Source: the human T2T-CHM13v2.0 reference genome, Homo sapiens. From it: a stretch of 64,000 bases of DNA. The notes beneath the pieces are model-generated. The model did not search any database. It saw only the letters and a list, made by a program, of their open reading frames with translations, and was not told the origin of the DNA. Shown piece by piece: positions 59,627 to 64,000 of the stretch. Position numbers and translations under genes: made by a program. How positions within the stretch are numbered: the stretch's first letter is position 1; each line of letters begins with the position of its first letter. Location: NCBI RefSeq assembly GCF_009914755.1, contig NC_060936.1. The stretch is one strand, 5' to 3'.

Positions 59627-59878
59627 ATTCAGCTGTCTTCTGCTACCTAGCATGCCCTGCAATCACCTGGGTGCTGGAGTTGAATGTTATTCCTTTGCAA
59701 AGCAGGGAACCTGCTTCTCTTTTGGATTAAGCATTTCTAGAGCTGGTATCAGAGACAGAGAGAAAGACAGACAGAGAGAGAGAGAGAAAGAGAGATGGTG
59801 CAAGAGAGAACAGATATAAAAGGAAAGCACTATTTTGGTAATACCTAAAAGTATTTTTAGAAATTTTGATTTGGGTTC

Positions 59879-60237
59879 TCTGTTAGTCCGTTTGGGCTGC
59901 TATAACAAAATACCATAGACTGGTTGCTTATAGACAGAAATTAATTTTTCACAGATCTGGAGGCTTGGAAGTGCAAGATAAAGGTGCTGGCATATTTAGT
60001 GTCTGGTGAGGGCCTGCCTTCTGGTTCACAGATGATGCATTCTAGCTGTGTTCTCACATACTGAAAGGAGCAAAACAACTTTCTGGAGTATCTTTTATAA
60101 GGACACTAATCCCATTCATGAGGCCTCCAACCTTATGATCTAATCACCCACCAAGGCCCCATCTCCTAGTCCACCATGTTAGTGACTAGGTTTTCAACAT
60201 ATGAATTTTGGAGGGAACAAATGTGCAAACCATAGCA
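59879..60237 (-). mobile_element. MSTD/MLT1A-like MaLR LTR
   Basis: TTAGTCCGTTTGGGCTGCTATAACAAAATACCATAGACTGG...CACTAATCCCATTCATGAGG...AAACCATAGCA. Confidence 0.88.
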
Positions 60238-61439
60238 TGTTCCTATGTTATAAATCCCAGGGTCTCCCCAGTAAAGTCTTCTGCACAAGACTGTCTTGGC
60301 TCTTGTTGCTGCTCCCATCTCCCCACCTGAAATGTGGGATTAGGGAAACAGAAGAATCTGGTAATTGAATTAACATGATATAGAATAGGAACAATACAGC
60401 TGTGATGCAAAATGACCCTAACATTGAACTAATTTGATGAAAAAACTAATTTGATGAAATTTGTTTATTCAATAATTATTCAATAAAGTTATTATTGAAC
60501 TAATTTATGAACCATGGAAACATAAACACTGTAATTTTTTTCAGAAATCTTGAGAATGACGTAGGGCTTAAATCTATGAAGGGACTGGGCTAATGCATTC
60601 TTATCTAGTTTCTATAAAGCAAGGTGACTCTACGTGACCTCTGAATTGAATTCATCTCACAATTACCCTTCTTCTATAGTAAGGGAGTTTTGGTACTGGG
60701 AAAGCCATAGTTCCTCACTATCTTTTTCCTTAGAGCCAGTTGCATCCTAGGAGGCTACTTAGGATTTCTTATACAGAGACTTCTAGTAGGTCACCCCACT
60801 GATTCATTAAACATGTGCATACAAAACTAAATCTGACCAGGGTTAAAACTCAAGCTTAATCTGGGTCCCTTGCTACCCCTATAAATACTGTGGAATTTTT
60901 AAAAATCAGTAAATTATACGTATTTTTTTTCACCAAATGGTGTTTCCTCCTTGAAATGGTCACCTACATTGCCAAAAGAATGTTTATTAAGAAGATAACA
61001 TGTTGTGTTTATTAGGGATGCTGAGGAAGAGCAATTATTTGTTAGAAATAGAATAGGGTGGCTGAAGAGCTAGTGAATGTACAATCCACTTGTAAGTTCA
61101 GGTTTACTCAGACTCTGAAACCAGATGATACTTGAGACAAGATAGATATTTATCACCATTGCTGAAGCAGCTTTTGGCAGAATATACTCTCATGCTAAGA
61201 CATGGACATCAGCAGGGAAGAGTAAGTTAAAAGGAGTAGGACTAAGATCCTGCCAGACAAGGAGTCAAGTGTGTTAGATAATATATCCATGGAAATTAGA
61301 TAAAGCATCAGCAAGTGAGTTTTCCATGTTGGGTCAGCAGTGGTTTTCTGGTATATGTTTAACAATGAACTCTCTTGGGCAGGAGAACAGGAGTATGGTT
61401 TGAGGAGGATGTTAGGTAAGGGTAGGAAGAGGAAGAACA

Positions 61440-61593
61440 CCTTGATTTAAATCTTGTGCCAATTTCTCTGGTGTAAATACTCCTGCTATGACCAGTTTCA
61501 AGCTACCACAGCGAGATGAACAGGCTCACATATTTTTTGAAGTTTTAACAATCCATTCTTGTGAGCCAGTGTGAATCAGCTCCAGCACACTAC
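61440..61593 (-). mobile_element. MER63-like hAT DNA transposon
   Basis: GGTGTAAATACTCC...TTTCAAGCTACC...GAGCCAG...GCTCCAGCACAC is the reverse complement of the recalled MER63A consensus. Confidence 0.7.
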
Positions 61594-63025
61594 AAGTACA
61601 ACCACTGAGGTGCATAACTCAGGCAGGAATAATGGATCAGGGATCAGGGACTTGGTCAAAGAGACTGGGTGAGAAGTTGTATGAATTCAAGCAAAGTATC
61701 CAAGTGGTATGTTCTTGTGTCCTCCACATGAAAAAGCAAGCTATGTTACTAAAAATTGTCTGAGTCATGGCCTCTCTGTTCTATCTGTTAAAGGTTAGAA
61801 CCAGTCTATGTGGAGATGGATCAGAGACAGGTAGAGGCAAGTTGGAGTATTTGCCAGAGTGGGAAACACGGGGCCTAAGAGGCACTATATGGCAGTCCTG
61901 TTTTGTTTCTACTGAGTGATATGCTGGGTTTCTGGATCATTGTCAGGGGCTTGCTTCTTCTCTTTGATCTGAAGCTTCATTCCCAAACCTGCACCTAGAC
62001 AGATATAGAAGAGGTAAAGACAGTCGCTGAAGGAAAGCACTTTGTACAGCAGGGTAGTACGTTGCCTGCTTCTAACTAACTTCAAGAATGAAATAATTTG
62101 TACAGAAATAGTCTTCCAATCTTCTCTCTGTCTCTCTCTCCCTCCTCCCTGCCCCCAATAAATGTTCTGCCTTCTTTGGAGCAATCTATCATTCCAAATG
62201 ACATCATTTACAAATATAATATACTATTGTAAGGATATTCTTTAGTTCACAGTCTAGAATGATAGGAAGGGAAGTGTCAGTGTTTACATTTGTGAATTTG
62301 TCATACAACCCTTGCTTTATATCATTTTATTTCCTGAAAGAAATTTAAGTTCTAAATAATAGTAAAAAAATTCCGAATTACATGATGACTGTAGCTTTCA
62401 TCACTTACTAAATAAATCTCTTCAATAACTGTCCCTAGGGTGCCAATTTCTTTATAAGTCTGGCCTTTGGATACAGCTTGAGTAATGACACTTGTTTTAA
62501 TAATCCCTGATAATTGATTATTAGGTAAGAGAAGCCCAGGGAAGCCCACCAGAATGTCAATGAAATAGTTGAATATGGTATTTAAAGGATCTAAATTTTG
62601 TTAGAGAATGAAACAAAACACTTCTTCATTACAATATTCCTATTTAAAAATGACTTTTGTTTGTTGTAATGCAACGTTATGTGTATAATTCTGGAAATAG
62701 TGTTTTCTAAAGCTACGCATCAGCCTGATAGCATAAAAATTGTTGGCACATTTGAAAAAATAATATACATAAAATTAATTACGTAAAAACAGGGGATTTC
62801 ATGGAATTGGAACTAGTTTGTAAGTGGGCTCCATGTCTCCTGTGTAGAGAAAAAAGAGATAAATAAATAAAAAATAAAAATATTAATTTAAGAGACACCC
62901 TCCCCAAGACTACTACCCATTTATTTTCTTGTTCGAGAACTGGGCTACCTCTGCTTTTTAAGGCTACCAAGCCTTCTTCAGCCTGACTGGAGCATTCAGG
63001 TCCAAGCTTGTTCTTGATAACATGC

Positions 63026-63381
63026 TTTGATTTGTTCCACCCCACCTGCACTTCCTAATGATAAAGGACACAAAATCTCTCTAAAGCATCCTTCTAAAAA
63101 TTCTCTGGAAACCCAAGAGGTATCTCACATGTGCTTATGTGCCAACTTTATTCATTGCTTCCTGTGGGCATTTACCATTTCTTCCCTCTTTTGTTCCAGG
63201 CTTTTTCTACTAGAAACTGTGGTGTCTGCTGGGCTTTGACAGCTGTGCTGGGTACTACTGCTGCTTTTGTCAGATTCTACCACTTAACATTGGTCAGGAT
63301 ATAGGATTTGTTCTTCTGATGATCCTGCTCACACTAGCTTGGTGCCTTGGTCTCTTTCTGGACACCACACTCTCTCACTAA
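63026..63381 (+). repeat. Copy B of ~360-bp direct duplication
   Basis: About 96% identical to 59267-59626 over the core. Confidence 0.95.
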
Positions 63382-63779
63382 CATAACGTCTCTGAAGTTC
63401 CCCATAAGGCCCTAGGGCTGCAAGGTTTCCCTTCATTATAAAGTCCAAAGTTCTCCCAAGAGACATATGACCCATAACTGTATTCTCTTGTTGAAAACAT
63501 TTCTGTCTATTCATACTTCTCATGAATCCACAGGAAATGGTGGCAAGATGAAGGGCACTTTGGGTTCCCAACCATTATATACCATTTATTCCTCCCACTG
63601 TTTTTCCTAAGGGACTGAAACAGAGGCTCAGTGTCTTACTTTCCCTGGATTTTATAGGAAGCTGTCCCTAGAGTACAGACTAGAATTATGATATCTTAAG
63701 CTCTTCCTCGACTGCTTTATTTAGAATACCCCCACCCTTAACCATGTCCCAACACGATTCCCTTTTCTGCTTGATTTTC

Positions 63780-63990
63780 CTCCCTAACATCCATTGTTGC
63801 CTGGGATATGATATATTCTACTTAAATATTTGTTTATTGTTTGTTTTTATCACTAGAATGTAAGCAGTAGGAGGTCGGGTTTTTATCTATCTTGCTCACT
63901 GCTCTATCCCTAACACCTAGAGCCATGTCTGGCACACAGTAGGTACTTGATAGTTACTGGATACATAAATATATGAAAGAATAAATGGAC
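63780..63990 (+). mobile_element. L2 3' end
   Basis: CACTAGAATGTAAGC...CACTGCTCTATCCC...TGGCACACAGTAGGTACT. Confidence 0.75.
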
Positions 63991-64000
63991 AGATTTTGGA

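Overview
Primate (almost certainly human) genomic DNA containing the 5' end of KITLG (KIT ligand / stem cell factor) on the minus strand. A CpG island at ~25.6-26.9 kb holds a TATA/GC-box promoter, a ~195-nt 5'UTR with two upstream ORFs, and the 15-nt coding part of exon 1 (ATGAAGAAGACACAA = MKKTQ, 26198-26212) followed by a GTGAGT donor. Positions 1-26197 are intron 1; exon 2 is not in the window. Positions ~27-64 kb are upstream intergenic DNA dense in Alu, L1, MaLR/ERV LTRs and DNA transposons, with a truncated U1 snRNA pseudogene. The most striking non-coding structure is an exactly 55-bp-period triple repeat in intron 1 (5764-5928). Each unit carries a two-half-site p53-family response element plus a SOX-type AACAAT motif. 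Other unexplained structure: a uORF whose stop overlaps the KITLG start (ATGA), a GC-rich hairpin overlapping a G-quadruplex motif, a perfect 20-bp palindrome, a ~96%-identical 360-bp non-tandem duplication, and several templated-insertion or duplication scars. Apart from the KITLG exon 1 peptide and its uORFs, the entries in the ORF track are repeat-derived or chance ORFs. Repeat subfamily calls are by eye from remembered consensus sequences, and boundaries of old repeats are approximate.
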